A stretch of DNA of 64,000 bases, taken from positions 16,428-80,427 of the forward strand of contig CAZYPU010000001.1 in the NCBI GenBank assembly GCA_964649665.1. Reading direction: 5' to 3'. A model generated the notes under the pieces. It saw only the letters and a program-made list of their open reading frames with translations, ran no database searches and was not told where the DNA came from. Positions 37,682-49,600 of this stretch are shown here, one piece after another; positions within the stretch are counted from its first letter, which is position 1; every line of letters starts with the position of its first letter. The translations under genes were made by a program, and so were the position numbers. This DNA comes from an uncultured Planctomycetia bacterium. GTDB lineage: Bacteria; Omnitrophota; Gorgyraeia; JABMRN01; RBG-13-46-9.

Positions 37682-40600
37682 ATGGGTCAAAATAAAAGCA
37701 TAATATTTAAGGCTATATGTTTCTCCCTTGTAATCACGTTTTGCTTTGAGAACATTCTCTGGGCGAACCCGGAAGCTTTTAAAAAGAATGTCTCAAATGG
37801 CACCCTTCAGGTCCAGTCCAAAATTAACCCCATCGCCACTCCTGAGCTTCTTCATCAGGGGCTTATAGAGTTCTCGCTTAGATACATCGTTCAGGCCGTA
37901 GATGATATCGCGAACATCAATTTCCCCCTAACGCCGGAGGCCCCGCATTACGCCAAAGACATAAAAATCGTCCTTGATTTCAGCCCGCCGACTGAAAATA
38001 AAAAAGAGGGTAAACATAAAGAAGGCGACAACTGGATAGTGCCCTGCACTATTTTTGACAGCCGCGGCCGCTATTTCTGGACGTACGAGGCGGTTATACA
38101 TCCGGATAAAAGTATCTCGTGGAAGAAAAAGATATCCGCGGAATCCGCCATCGTTCCCGAACCCCAACCCCCCGCGCCTCCGGTCGAAGAACCAACCCTA
38201 GCCCCGCAGGCTTCAAGGCCCTTACCTAACCCAAGTGCCTTCCGGGATTTACACCGTAGCGAGGAGGGTGCGCGGTGGCCGTTCGGAAAACGTCAACTCG
38301 CAACCCAAGACCCGAGAAGAGATTCGGACAGGGTGGAACATGCCCTTGGGAAAACGAGGCAAAGATATGAATTAACACAGGTTATGGATAGAATCGTGCA
38401 GGGCGTAAAAGAAAAATTCGGATCAGGATTCGTATTAGCCATAGACGGGCAAAAAGCAACACGCAAAACGACACTTTCAGAAATAATGTCAAAAGGCATT
38501 AGCGATATATCGTCCGGAGACATAGAAGTGCTTAGTTACACAAAAGGTATGTATGAACGGGAAAGAGATTATATGAGAGTTGTCAAAAGGGCCTTACGCG
38601 AGAAGAAGTTAGTTGTTTGCGAGGGGCAGAGCATGGTGCAGATTCTGGAAGAAGGAAACATCTTTCCGGATTTAATCCTTTACCATAAAGCCAACTTAAT
38701 GACGCAATTATATTCCAGTTTTCTTAGGTCCTTTTTATTATCAAAGGCTTACAGGGAACGTATGTTAGATGACGAGAAAAAAGGCCTTTCATTATTGTTG
38801 ACGCTTTGCGATTGGGCGCCGTTCGGACTAATATTCTTTATATGGGAAGTTTATAAAATATTCACAGAAAAAAAATCCGATAAGGAAACGCTTAATGAGT
38901 TGTCAAAAAGGCCTAACTGCGTTACGCTGAATTTCAGTACTTATAAGTTGGGCGGATTAACAATAGAAGATGTATATGGAATCATGACAAGCGTGGCAGA
39001 TTCGGCTAGTTATCCGTCCGTTGCCACAGTCGAACATGGTCTGATAAGCGAGGTCCCGGGTGCGCCTCTTACAGCCGAGGATTACGTCAGGCAAAAAGAA
39101 AAAGAGGGAGCTGAATTTATTCTCCTCTACAGCAGGGAAGGGCGCCTGGTGCGTTGCATGTCGATAAAAGAAGCCAAATACGCCGCCGGAAATATGGAGA
39201 TAGCGGGTATTGCCCTGAGAATCAAGGAGGGAGAGACACAGTTCTTTGAGGCTGGCCGAACCGACTTTGAGACCGGGAAAATCGTAGAGTCGCTGGACTA
39301 CACCGCGGAGATGAAAGAGCCGAAAAAGGTCTATTTCGTAGTACCGATGCACAAGGAAATGAAGCGGCTCCTTCCGGAAACGAAAGACAACCCTTATGGC
39401 GAGGACGCGTTGCGGAAAACGGTATGGCAGCTTCAGGAAGGAAGCAGAATAAACAGGCGTTTCAAATGGCAGCTTATCCTGGTAGATGACGGCACTCCCG
39501 GAAACGCCTCAGCAAAGCTTGCGGAAAAACTTTGGGCCGAAATTCAGGAAGAATATGCGTCCTGGGGAGAAACGCTTGATCCATCGCAGGTTATAATCGA
39601 AAAAATTACGCCTCGGGAAAAAAAGAAAATGAAAAGCCGAAAGGGAGGCGCCGTTCTCCGCGGGTTTAATATTGCCCTGAAAAGCGCATCGCCCGGCGAT
39701 TACATAGGATATACGGACCTGGACATCTCAACCGATATGCGCCAGACAGGGTTTCTATTAAAAGCGCTGGCCGAAGGTGATGCGGAGGTGGCCATAGGTT
39801 CCCGCTGGGCAAAAGGCGGAAAGGGAGAAAAAGTCCCTCCTTCAGGCATAGTATCAAGCAAGGTCTACAACCTTTTGGTCCAAACACTTATGCCGCCTTT
39901 ACGCGGTATTCAGGATACGCAGCGCAGCTTCAAGCTTTTTACAAAGCGCGCGGCAGAAGAAATCTTACGTCACGCCAAAGATAACGGCTTTGCCTTTGAC
40001 ACGGAGCTCCTGCTTTTGGCGAAGCTCTTGAGTTATCGGACAAGTGAGGTCCCAATCGCCTGGATTGATTCGCCCGGGGCCACTACTCTGAGCATGTTTA
40101 CCGACGGGCCAAAGATGGTTTGGAGCCTGTTTAGACAGCGCAGACACATGTTCGGGAAGATGTTCCGCTCCTCGTACATCATGACCCGGTCAGGCGCCAC
40201 AAGCGGTTCCGGCGAAGGGGAACGTCCCCTTGGGCTTATCGGGAAGTGGATGCTGACGCCGGAAGCTAAATTTAAAGAGGACCACCCGGGATGCCGCGCC
40301 GGGGATATAACGTTCATGGCCAGGCGCATAGATTATCCCGAGAGGGATGAGATTGAGATAAAGCTTCGGGCGAGGTGCGTGCCGTTCACGGAGTTTGATA
40401 ATTTCCGGAGGACAGGTGTGGAGGAAATCGATAGCGCGCTGAAAGAATTCCTCTACGCTTTCACATCACTTAAGGTCAAAGGCGTGACGCTTTACATGGA
40501 ACCCAACCGGTACGGCATATACGGCATAGGCACAAAGGACATTATTGCCGTAAGAGGCCCTCTCAGGTTCAGTAAAATTGCCAAAACCCATGAAATAATG

Positions 40601-43600
40601 CATGCGGCCCTTGACGCGGGCGCGCTGACCCTCAAAACAGTGATAGACAACATAAAAGGCGGCGAAAAGGCGCTGAATGAATATATAGGAAAAAATCCGC
40701 GCAGGCAGGTGCCCGGCATGCGGGCTCATTATGCCCTCCGCCTTCTTTTTAGGCAGAGAAATCCAATAAGAGACAAACTTCTTACGAGGTTTTTAAAAAT
40801 TATCCAGCCCGTAAGGGATTTTCTTGACATCCGGCTGTTCGGCGGCTTGAGCTTAGCAGGGCGTGCGGGAATCCTGGCGGTATTCGCGTATGTCCTTGAG
40901 AGTTACGTAGGAACAAATCGATGGCTTTTGCTCTCGGTCATCGCGGTATCTTCGATTATATTAGTGGATGTATGGTATTCTTTATGGGAAAAATGGGAAA
41001 AAACCGGTGAACTTATAAACGGTCTCTTGGGCACGCGAAAAGGGCACGAAACTTTAACGGCAGAAGTAAACGAGATCGTGTTTGATCGGTATCCGGGACG
41101 ACGGTGGATTCCTGGTAATGTGAAAGAAGCGTTGAAGCTTGATGATCCATCGGCGGATACGACATACATAATAGCGAGTTTTAAAAAGAGTAATGTTCCC
41201 ATTGGGTACCTCGCCTTTACGGCCAAATCAACAGACGCGGCGATTACATGCGTGAATCTTTGGATTAATGAAAAACACCGGCACAAGGGTATAGCCCTGA
41301 AGCTATTGGAAAGATTTTTGGAGGAGGCGGAACGCAGGCAGAAAAAAAGCGCAATATTTAGATTGAAAAAAAACGAGGGCATCAATCTGGATGTCGTAAC
41401 AGGGCTTCTGAAGGCCGCCGCGGCTTTGCGGGGAGCGAGGATTGCGATTGTCCCAACAAGTTACGGTCGGCTGATACGCATATGGTTGTATAAATCAAGG
41501 CCGCGGACGCAACTTCTTTCAGCGGCGCTGCCTTTGTCCCTACTGGCCATAGAAGCCGCGAAGGAAGAGCCGATTATCATAAAGCCGTGGATGGAGGCCG
41601 CGTTTATGGCAGGTTTTGCTTTTCTATGCTTGTGTGAAATTATCCGGAAGTATTGGGATGCGATCAAAGAAAACAGGGCGGTTGGATACGCGATTGAAAG
41701 ATTCGCCAATTTGATCAAATGGCTTGATGACTTTTTACCGATCGTATTTTTAGCCGCTATTTTGAGCTTTGTGCCGTGTCCGAAAGTAAGTCCATCCGCG
41801 CATGCCGCCATGGTGACACAACCGCCCGCCGCGGCGGGGGTTGTTAATACCTTGCCAGTTGCAGCGCAAGTAGGCGCGGCCGATATTTCGTCAACGCTGC
41901 TAGACTTCATATCGACACCTGTGTCAATCGGGTTAATGATAGGACTGATTTTTGCTATCTTATGCATGATGTACAGAAAAGTGGCGGCCGCTCTGTTTAA
42001 CAACACGTGCGTATATATAAAAGAGATGCTGGGAGATAAGTATATTAGGTTCTGGGCGCGTTTTCAGGAAGACCGCGAGGCGCTCGAACGGCTTTTTGCA
42101 GAGTCAAGAAAGACCGCGCAGAAATATTCGTCATCGCCGCAAGATAGCGTGGAATTTTATGCCATAGAATGTTACCTTATAGCGCGTCGGAAGGGCAAAG
42201 TCAAGTATATACACTTTTCACAAGAACTGGCCAAAGCGTTTCGTAGAGATCGTCGATTTATCGGGCGGTCTATCGCATGGTACAGATTCAGGGTGCGACT
42301 TAAGTCCCTTTGGGCGCGGATATTGCTTAAAGGTGAAGGATTGGCCGGCGACGGGCTCGAGGATCTGCAAAAAAGTATAAGATACTGCGAATCATTATTA
42401 AGGTTGGACACGTTGATTTACAAAAATAGGGAACAATACGCACGGCAAATATTCGACGCAATAATTAATAACCCCGAGCGTTTCCCGGGCATCAAAGAAG
42501 TTCCCGATCCGGATGATCCCGGAACGCACATGTTGGTGTACGAATCTCCGAATAGTTCCGGCGTAAGAAATCCCAAAGACGGTTTTATAAAACCGCTTTT
42601 AATACCCACTTTAACCGGTATCGCCGCGCCGGCGGCGGGGGCGGTATTAGCGGCTCCCTACTTTGCGGAAATTCCCACATATATTAGTGACATTTTAAAC
42701 TGGTTTGCCTCTATCGGCGCGGGTGGCGCACTTTCGTGGAAGACAATAGCTATATTAGTTACCTTTGTCCCGCTTTTCATTTCCATCGTATCCGCTGTTA
42801 AAGGGGAATCGTTGTCAGGAAAATACCGGGGTATCTGGCGGGAAAGGCTTGAAAAAGCCCTGAGGAAGCACTCGAAACTTAACAAAGACGGCGTAATTCC
42901 GGATCTCGCGACACTTTTGAGTATCCGACACAAATTATTTAGATCAGAAAGAGCAAGCGGCAGTCTTTTGGCAATTTTGCAGGCATATCAAGATTTGCTA
43001 TCCGGCGGAATTATCAAAAAACCGAAATTCGCGCCTTTACACATTTTCGTCCTTCGTGACTTGGGTTTCGTCACTGACGAATTGTGGGCGGAATATGAAG
43101 TGTATATAACCTCAAAGAACAATGATGAAATCAGTGAACCACGGATAAAACTGTGGCATTCTTTGGTGCGGGCGGTTCTTAAAAAAGAAGATATGCTGGG
43201 TAAAGACGGAACTATCGACGATGTAAAAAAGCTGGAGGGCATCAAACCGGACTTCTTTACATCCAGAAAAGGGCGGGCTGGAATCAACGAGGTATACGAA
43301 GCCTTTCAGCGCGCGGCCAAAAAGAAAAACATTCCATATAGGTACGCGCACAAAAGAAAATTCGTATTATATGTGCTTAGGATTCTGGGTTTTTTGACGG
43401 ATGAGATGTGTGGGATAGTCGAGAATATTGATTTCACATTTCCATCGGACAAATTAAAGAAAAAATACCACGCCGCATTGGCGCCGGTGTTACGAAAAAA
43501 GGATATTTTGAACGAGAAGGGGAAAGTGCGGGACATTGATGCTCTTTTACGTGTCAACGTTAAATTATTCCGGGCGCGTAAGGAAGAAGGGAAGGGCGTC

Positions 43601-46600
43601 AGTTTATACAGTATTTTTATTAGCTATCAGAAAAAAGCGAGACTCAGCAGGATAAAGAAGCCGAAGCACGCGACATGGCCTTGCTTTATCCTGTATAGTT
43701 TGGGGTTCGTAACTGATGAAGTATGGAAAGGTTATTTATCCTACCGCAGGAAATTACTGCTAAAAAGAGAGACACGGGCTGCTGAAAGGCAATCTAAACC
43801 GGTGCCCTTTCCCGCTTCATTCAATGTAACGCAGGCGCAGTTATCGGGTGTCCGAAAAGCGCTCGAAAAAATACACGTCCTTGACGAAAAAGGCATGATA
43901 AAATCGCTCGGCGCATTTGATAGTATAACCAGGCAGTCAATTGTTGAAGGCGGAGGCGGCCCCGCGTACGGCATTTTTAAATCAGGCATACAAAGGACAG
44001 AGCAGGCGCTGCCCGGAGGAACGGACTTGTGTCACTATATGCTTTATCACCTGGGCTTTGTAAGCGAGGCTGTGTGGCTGGAATACACACAATATCTGAA
44101 GATAAAAGAAGCGCTGAAAAAAGTCAACATGCTCAACCGCCGGGGCAAAATCCGCGATATCACCGCTCTTCTACGCGTAAATGCAACGTTTTTAAGCAAT
44201 CAGGGCATCTTAGGCGTATACCTATCCTACGTAAGAGCGCATTATGAGTTTAAGCGGGATACGCCTAAAGGCATAAAATTACACTATTACGCGCTATATC
44301 GCCTCGGGTTAGTTACCGAAGAATTATTGCGCGAATACAAATGGTATATCCGGCTGGAGAAGGCGTTACGGACAAGGTTAAAACTTGACCAAAACGGGAA
44401 AATTCGCGACCACGCGACCCTTTTAAGCATAAATACGAATTTCCTTGAAAAAGAAGGCCTTTTGGAAGGATACAGGCTTTATATGGAAGCCCATCCCGAA
44501 CTTGCCAAAGAAACACCCGAAGGCACGGAACCCCATCATTACCTTCTACGCCATTTAGGGTTATTTGCCAAGGCGCTATTCACGCAGGAGAGCGAGGGAT
44601 ACGCACAGCTTAAAAACGCGCTTAAGGAGAGCGAAAAGCTTACCCCCGAAGGCGAAGTCCGCGACCTCAAGGCTCTTTTAAGCATAAACATAGAGTTTTT
44701 CGAAAAGAAAAAAGTTCTTGAAGCCTATCAATCCTGTCTGAAAACCGTCGCCGAAGAATTACCGGAAGGCGCAGAGGGCTGTCATTACGTCTTATACAGT
44801 TTAGGGCTTGTTTCGGGCAACCTCTGGACCGAATACACATGGTACTGCCGCCTGAAAAAGGCGCTCAAAGGCGCCGGGAAGCTCAGCCCCGAAGGCATTA
44901 TTAAAAACCTCACCAGCCTGCGCGGCATAGACTACGCATTTTTTAATGAGCATGGCATTGTGAGAATATCGCAATTCTATACACGCCGGTATCCCGGATT
45001 CTGGAGAGGGATTCCGCGCGGCGCGGATGGGTGGCGCTATCTTTTATACAATCTCGGGTTCGTTGACGATGAGTTGTGGCAAAACTATCTATGGTATGCG
45101 AAGATAAGCGTCACGCTTAAAGCGGCCGGAAAACTCGATAAGCAGGGAGCAATCAGGGACATAAACACCCTTTCAAACATCGGCGCAGCGTTTTTTAAAG
45201 AACACGACATCTCGGGCATATACCAGGCATATTTAGAAGAAAACCCTGATTTTATTCAAAGCGTGCCGGAAGGGGTGGAACCGCGGCATTATTTTTTGTT
45301 TATTTTAGATTTCATGCCGGACAAATTCTTGCGCGAATACAAATGCTGCAGCGAGATGAAAAGAGCGTTAGAAAAAGCCGGAAAACTGAATAAGGCAGGG
45401 GAGATTCCCGATTTGGCGACGCTGCTCGGCATGAATAAAAAATTCTTCTCTGAAATTGGCGCATTACCTGCATACGAGGCATACCTTGAGTTTTACCCCG
45501 AGCTTGAGCATCATGCGCCTGAGAAGGAGTCCGCGGAGTGCGATGCGCTTCACCGGATGGGGTTTGTTTCAAAAGAGCTCTATCAGAAATACATGCTGCA
45601 CCTCAAGGTAAAACAAATTTTGAAAAACTCCGGAAAACTCGACAAAACGGGTAAATTCCGAGATATAGACAGCTTCTTGAGCGTAAACTCTGGTTTCTTA
45701 AGGGAACATAAAATCTTAAACAGTGCCGACGCTTTTTTCAGGAAAAACCCGGAACTGATGAAGAAAATGCTCGCCACTGCGGACATATCCCACTGTTTCC
45801 TGTATTGTTTAGGTCTTGTTTCCGAAGAACTTTGGAATAAGTACGAAACGCGTTGCCCGTTCAAAGCGGTGCTGTGGAAAGAAAGGCTCCTTGATTCGCA
45901 CAGAAGAATTCGCGATTATGACGCACTGTTTAGTATAAACGCCGCGTTTTTGAAGAAGCACGGACTGCTAAGCTTATATCAATCTTACGTACAAGAGCAT
46001 CCGGGTTTTGCTGAAAAACTGCCGGAGGGAGCGAATCCGCGACACTATTTCCTGTACCGGATGTACCGGATGGGGCTTGTGTCTGACGAGGTATGGAACG
46101 GATACATAAAGTGCGTGACCACGCCGGAGTTTCTTAAGCTAAACGACGAGAAGCGAATGTGGTATGTTACACGCCGCTATTGTCTTGAGGCCGCGCGGAT
46201 AATAAGGCCGGGAGAGATTATACAGGAGGCCGCGATCCTCTTAAACATAAGGGAACCGGTTTTTCGCCGCAAAAAAACAAAAGAGACGTGGCGTGAAGCG
46301 ACGAGATATTACAGCAGGCAATGGGAAGAAGGGCTATTGGGAAAATTTGAGCTCGAAAACCTTGATATATATATACTAAAGGACCTGGGACTTGCGACAG
46401 CGTCATCATGGGATGAGTATCTTGCCTATTCTGCCCGGGAGAGAGCGGCGCGGATTGAGAAATCCGCTATGACTGCGAGGGGAAGCGTTCTTAACAGAAT
46501 CAAAGGCCTGGCTGTGGATATCCAAAAAGCTATCGAGGAAGGCGATATCGCTTCCGCGGCGGCCGCCCTTGATATGATCGATAAGCTGTGTGAAGGACAT

Positions 46601-49600
46601 GGCGGTAGAATATCGCTTCCGGAGCAAATTAAAATCCTTCTCGACGGATTCAGAGAACAAACCTCTCAAATGATCGACGCGGGAATGCGTGAATTCGCGG
46701 ACGCGCGCCGGGAAATAGAAAAAGGTATATATGCCGCGTATGCCGATTTAGTAAATTTAGTAGACAATATAGACGCTCTTGCCAATCCTCCGGTAGGAGA
46801 GGAGGGGGTAGAAGAAGAAGATCGGGCCACACACGAGCTTTTGATAATCCTTCAGTTTAAGCGGGAGTCTCTCGATAGTTTAAAAACGCTGGAAGATGAC
46901 CTGGAAGTTATCAGGAAAAAAATAACAGAACTGGTCGGCGAATCAGGCAATTTTGAAAATACGCTCGCGGCCCGTGCCGTTATCCAGCTCGAAGAGCTGG
47001 AGGAAGGAATCCCTAAGTTGCCGGCAAAAATTGAAAAATTGTTTAGCCGGTTATTAGGAGAAAACTCTGGAAAAGAAGAAGCGCAAGAACCTATCGAGGA
47101 TATTGAAGTTATTGTAGATATTGAGGTAGAGCCGGGGGCAGCGAAAGGGCCGGACTTAGAAATAGCAGCCGATATAACGATTGAGGAAATGCCGGACGAA
47201 GAGCCGAAAACCACGGAAACTGAAAACATAAAAGAACGAAGATTGGACCTGGAGTTTGCCCGGGACTTATTATCGATGTTTGATAGCGGTGTGCCTGTAA
47301 CCGAAGGTGAAATACAGGACGAGATAGACTATATCGAGTCTAATCTGGAGGCAATAAGAGGGGAGAGCAAAAAGCTGTGGGAGACGGCAAAAATGCTTTT
47401 AGAAAGGCTGAAAAAAGCAAGGTGGATAGTAAGGATAAAAGCCAGGAAGTGCCTCGCTGGAGCCAGGAAAACTACGGAACAACCTTCATCAGAGTTAATA
47501 GCGAGCCGCACTATTGGGGGATTCTTGAGGCAAAATCCTGACAAAACATTGCTCCAGATTATGCCGTTAGTCGTCAGAACCGGGAATTGGGTAGCTGTGG
47601 AAATCGCGATAGGAATGATCAGAGAAGACGAAACACTAAAGCTTAAAAAGGATGACGCGGCCTATTTAGCGGAAATCGAAGCACAACTGCTCAAAGCGCA
47701 AAAAGCACAAAAGGGCGCTAAAAAAACTGCCAAAAGCAAGCCCACCAGAAATCCCAAAGACGGTTTTATAAAACCGCTTTTAATACCCACTTTAACCGGT
47801 ATCGCCGCGCCTGCGGCGGGGGCGGTATTAGCGGCTCCCTACTTGTCGAAATCATTCGGTTTGCCGCTCGTGGCGGGCGTGGCGATAATAGCCATCATCC
47901 TTATTTTGTATTCACGATACAGCAAAGAGATAAAAGCCTTATGGAAAATGACCTGTATCAATTTAGGTGACTTATACGAAGATTTTTCTATTGAGATCAT
48001 GGAGCGCCTTAGAAAAGACCACGAAACATTTAAGTGGCTTTTTGATTATGTCGATGAACTTGTGAAACTTCCGATGTCATTTGAAAACGCCGAGAAATTA
48101 TTCGCGGTAAAATGCTATTTGTTAATTCGTAAAAAAGGTCGTGTTAATTGCGACCGATTTTTGAGAACGTTGACAAGCGCTTTGAGGGACGACATAGAGT
48201 ATTCCAGGCAATCCATAGTCTGGAACAATTCCATGATAGGGCGGAAGAAATTTTGGGTGCATCTTTTACGGCGGAGCGACGATAGTACAACCAAAAGGGA
48301 AATCAGGGACCTTGAATCCGAAATAGAACGCGAAAGAATCTTAAGCGAGATGGAGATAGAGGGGGCGCAAGACATGCTTAATGGTAAGGAAAATTCTGTC
48401 AGGCGGATATTCGACCTGGTATGCGCTAACCCGGATTTTTTTCCGGGAATAAAGAAGATACCCGATTCAAAGAATCCCGAAATAGGGGCGCTTGCGTACA
48501 TGCCGGCGGCGCCGGAAAGCTCGGTCGCTGACATGGGCATTTGTAAACACGTGCTTTTAAGCGTGTCTCCGAGGGAAGAGACAACGCTTGAAAAACAGAC
48601 CCAAGAGGCGCTTTCAAGGGCAAAGAAACTTTTGACGGACATGGGATACAATGAGAGCGCCGTAGTGAAACAAACCGTTTTTTTGAGGAGCGTTTCGGAT
48701 AAGGCAGAATGCAAAGAGATAATCGAAGCGCATTACGACAGGGGCCCGCCTCCGGCCACAAGCTACATAAAGGAACCGCCCGCCGACGGAAGCGATGTTA
48801 CGATTGAGATATTGGCCATAAAAGGCGAAAACACAAATGTCAGAAGAGTAAACGAATTTCTCACCGTTGTAGAACAGGAAAATCTCAAATGGGCCTACGT
48901 CGCCGGCATCGAGCCGGATGAAACGATACCGGATGAAACGATAGAAGATACCTATGAGCAGGCGCTTAATGCTTTCCGGAAAATGAAGGATGTCCTCGAG
49001 GAGAATGGATTCAATTTTGAAGACGTGATACGAACATGGATTTACGAGCGCGATCTTTTAAAGACAGAAAACGGAAGCCAGAGATATCAGCTTTTGAATG
49101 ACGCGAGAAGCGAGTTTTTTAATACAGGGGACAATGGTAAAAAGATACATTTTGGCAGGAATTTCAGGAATTTAATAAGAGACCCGCAATTGAAAGAAGA
49201 GATTCTGCCTCCCGCTTCCACAGGTATTGGCATGTCAGGCGGAACGTTTGTCATGGAATGCCTGGCGCTTTCCACGACGAGAAACGACGTAAGCATCACG
49301 CCTTTGGAAAATCCCGACCAGGTACCCGCGCACAAATACAGCAAAAAAGTGTTGAGAAAAGGAAGGAGCGAAGAGGAAAAAACATCACCCATGTTTTCGC
49401 GGGGGATGGTTGTTAATATCGGCGGTTATAAAATGACTTTGATTTCCGGCACCGCCTCAATAAAGGGCCCTAAAACCGTACACAAAAGAAGTGTTAAAAA
49501 ACAGACAAAAACCACCATAGAAAATATCTTAAGGGTTATAGAGCAGGCGGGTGCGAGCCTGGCGGATATACCACAACTCAGGGTTTACATCAAAAATTCG

